Shown: piece by piece, positions 61,323 to 64,000 of the stretch
Layout of the letters: every line of letters starts with the position of its first letter
Position numbering within the stretch: position 1 is the first letter of the stretch
Origin: Podarcis tiliguerta
Lineage: Eukaryota
Length of the DNA stretch: 64,000 nt
Assembly: GCA_965153285.1 (NCBI GenBank)
Contig: OZ229111.1
Reading direction: 5' to 3' (one strand)
Made by a program: the position numbers and the translations under genes
The notes under the pieces: model-generated
What the model saw: the letters and a program-made list of their open reading frames with translations, nothing else
Told to the model about the DNA's origin: nothing
Database searches by the model: none

Positions 61323-63251
61323 TGCACTAACATTGCACTGACACATCTACCACATCCAAAATCCCATCTCAGGCCATGGCAATTTGTAATGCTCCAGAGA
61401 ATAAGACTCCAGGAAGAACACTTCTTTTGGAGTCTGTAATTGAGACATCAAGATAAAGTAATCATCATATGCATCCCCAACTTTATTTCTAAAATTATTA
61501 AGTGCTTAGCAAGTGCCTTTATTTGTTTATGAAAAGACCAGCTTTTCTACAGTTTACAGTTCTAGGTACAGTATCACACTTCTCTGTGTTTTTAAGGGTT
61601 GTAAACACAACAAATTAATACCATGTGTTCCATCCAGACTTGCCCCGCTGGTGTACAAAAGGGCTCCTTTGAGTCTGAAAATGCTCAGAATTCCTTTTCC
61701 ATTAGTATAGGACACTTTCAGGAAGTTTTTCTTGTTAATCAGGAACATAACTTGGAAAAATAATTATTATGTGGCATTAGCACATAAAGGTGTGGGGGTG
61801 GATTGCACCTAAATACAGTACTTGAAAGTTCTGTTGTGCATCAGGATCAGACTATGGAGTATGGGTCACAACAAAACATTTCATTCTCATTTCTGTTTCT
61901 TTGGCCTTTAGAGTGTTAAGGCCGCTTTCCCCTTCTGAGGAATGCTTTTCTTTCTTCTTCCAGCTATGTCCTAGCTTTCTTCAGGCCAAACTTCAGAGCA
62001 AATGACTTTTTAAGCATTCCACAATATTTTGTATGTGAATAGGAACCTTGGTTTTTAGAGCAAACCAATCCTGAGTAGAAGGCATATATAGGACACTGAA
62101 AAGTATTCCTGCTTAAGAGGCAAGAAAGGATAGCAAACAGCTCATGACCTGAACAGAAGAAATCCTTGAACCTGTTACTGTCATGCAAGCTGCAGTTTGT
62201 GGAGTATGACGGATATTCTTGCAGAATGTGAAACATGTTGAGCTGAAAGACCTTGGGGATATGATTAGAAAATATCTGTGGAGCTTCCAGCACTAAACTA
62301 AGTATCACATTGGTTGATGATAAAGAAACTTTTCATGGGCCTCTACAAGGAGCTGGCAGAAAAACTTGTATTAGCAGGAGTTTATTTAGGACTCCACAGA
62401 TATTTCATGTTTGATTGGCATGGAACAATATTTCACCGTTTTTAGGAACATGGGCTATTCCCTGACACTTAATAATCTTCTGAGTGAGTGGGTGGGAAGA
62501 TGATGCAAATTAGCTGTAAAATTACTGCTTTTAGCAAGTTAACAAAAGAGCATGCATACACTCGTGAAGCTATAATTATTTGCAAAGTACACAGCAAAAT
62601 TGAGATTTTTTTCCACATGACTTCAGGCTTTTACTTGTAGAATATTTGCCTGCGGAAGGGGATATTTAAGCATCAGAGAATAATCTGGCTCCACAAGGGG
62701 CAGAACCTTTGCTCAGCACCCTGCTGCAGTCTGTGATACTAAACCAGTAGGGGCGGGAAAGACATGCTTTTGTTTACTATCGTTCTTCCAGACAGGCACA
62801 GTGTAGCGGTAGAAGCCCCTGTTCTTACTTCTATATTAATTGCTCCACAGCACATACACTGCACATTCATAAATGTAGGCCAGTTGAAAGGTAATGCCAA
62901 AGAATAGCTTAGCATTGAAGTGAACAACCTTTTATAAGTGAAGAGCTGCATTTATTGGAAGAAAAAGTGGCTGAAGACCATGTGAGGGCAGTGGGCAGGG
63001 CCAAAGCCCAAAGTGTGCAGACACACCTCTGTTTTTCTCCCTCTCAACCCAACAAAAATCCATTCCTTCTCTTTTCACACATGGAAATCCCCAGCCATCT
63101 ATTTACACATGTACAGAAGCATGCACCATACTCATACATTCACTTTCTCTTCCACAGTTCTCTCACACACAGATTAAATTTGCAGTCCCCTTTTCCCACA
63201 CTACCTTCTTTTCTTGTGGCTCCTGCTGTTCAGTTTCAAAAGTAAGTCTAT

Positions 63252-63277
63252 ACACACACACACACACACACACACAC
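63252..63277. repeat. (CA)n microsatellite
   Basis: Direct reading. Confidence 0.9.
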
Positions 63278-63331
63278 CCTCTTACTGTTGTCTCATTCGC
63301 CTCACCAAGGACTCACTTTGTCCTTCTTGTC

Positions 63332-63467
63332 CAGGCATAGGCAAACTCTGCCCTCCAGATGTTTTGGGACTACAATTCCCATCATCCCTGACCACTGGTC
63401 CTGTTAGCTAGGGATGATGGGAGTTGTAGTTCCAAAACATCTGGAGGGCCGAGTCTGCCTATGCCTG
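63332..63467. mobile_element. 136-bp palindromic hAT MITE (best-preserved copy)
   Basis: TIRs CAGGCATAGGCA / TGCCTATGCCTG and an 8-bp TSD ttcttgtc/ttcttatc (7/8). The whole element folds back on itself. Confidence 0.9.
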
Positions 63468-64000
63468 TTCTTATCACTTACTTTCATTCCTTTCTCATTG
63501 ATCTTCAGTGCCTCCCAACATAACCTGCTCCTTCCCTTCCTAATCATTCTCCTTGTCTAGCTGTGTTGAGGAGAATGAGATTGAGACAGGCAGGCATGCA
63601 TGTGAGCTGAGGGTCTCGGAACATATATCCCACTGGCTAGAGCCTCTTATTTAAAGAAACTTGTAACTCCCACACTCTGTACTTGGGCCTCTGAGCTCAT
63701 GTGTGGGGCTGATTGCCAACTTCATGGATTGTTGCAGTTCAGGGTTTTTTATATATATATAGAAAAACCTCTAAGCAGTGAACATAATATGATAATTATC
63801 AATAAAACACAGATAAAATTAAAACAAATATACCCAAATAAATTATACATCTAGGTAGGCTTGTGGAAATAAAGAAGTTTTCAGAAGACATCTGTATTAT
63901 TATACAGTGAGGATGTCAGTAGGATGGGGGAAGCCATGAGGAAGGGGAGGAACCAATAGCCCCAGGAACCATGTACAGTGTTTATTTATTTACATAATTA

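Noticed and set aside
63312-63335. ctcactttgtccttc (LTLSF), resembling a recalled optional TNRC6 microexon after ...FLDK
   Set aside because: There is no AG acceptor directly before it and no GT donor after it, and it overlaps the MITE TSD. It is probably chance.

Overview
Vertebrate genomic DNA, most likely from a lacertid lizard given the Sauria-type SINE and squamate MITEs. The whole window lies inside TNRC6C (GW182 family, the AGO-binding scaffold of miRNA silencing) on the + strand. Nine GT-AG, frame-consistent coding exons can be spliced by hand: 2295-2391, 5164-5185 (22-nt microexon), 30140-30472, 45924-48512, 57273/57276-57482, 58106-58275, 59522-59602, 60042-60099 and 60392-60537. 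They run from the Lys/Glu-rich N-terminus through the GW-repeat AGO-binding region to the UBA domain. The first exon and the C-terminal exons lie outside the window. The most unusual object is a 2.7-kb Tc2-like non-autonomous DNA transposon at 38937-41650 (TIRs plus TA duplication). It carries about 20 head-to-tail copies of a 112-bp unit that folds almost entirely into two hairpins, bracketed by two more perfect hairpins, one of pre-miRNA size. Two in-frame alternative exon candidates were also found: 13697-13757, downstream of a perfect RFX X-box, and 43549/43662-43686. A 140-N run inside the large exon preserves the reading frame exactly. The introns also hold Tigger-like and hAT MITEs, Sauria and tRNA-Lys/CR1-tail SINEs, CR1/L2 remnants and microsatellites. 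TE family names and comparisons with human proteins come from recall and were not checked against a database.
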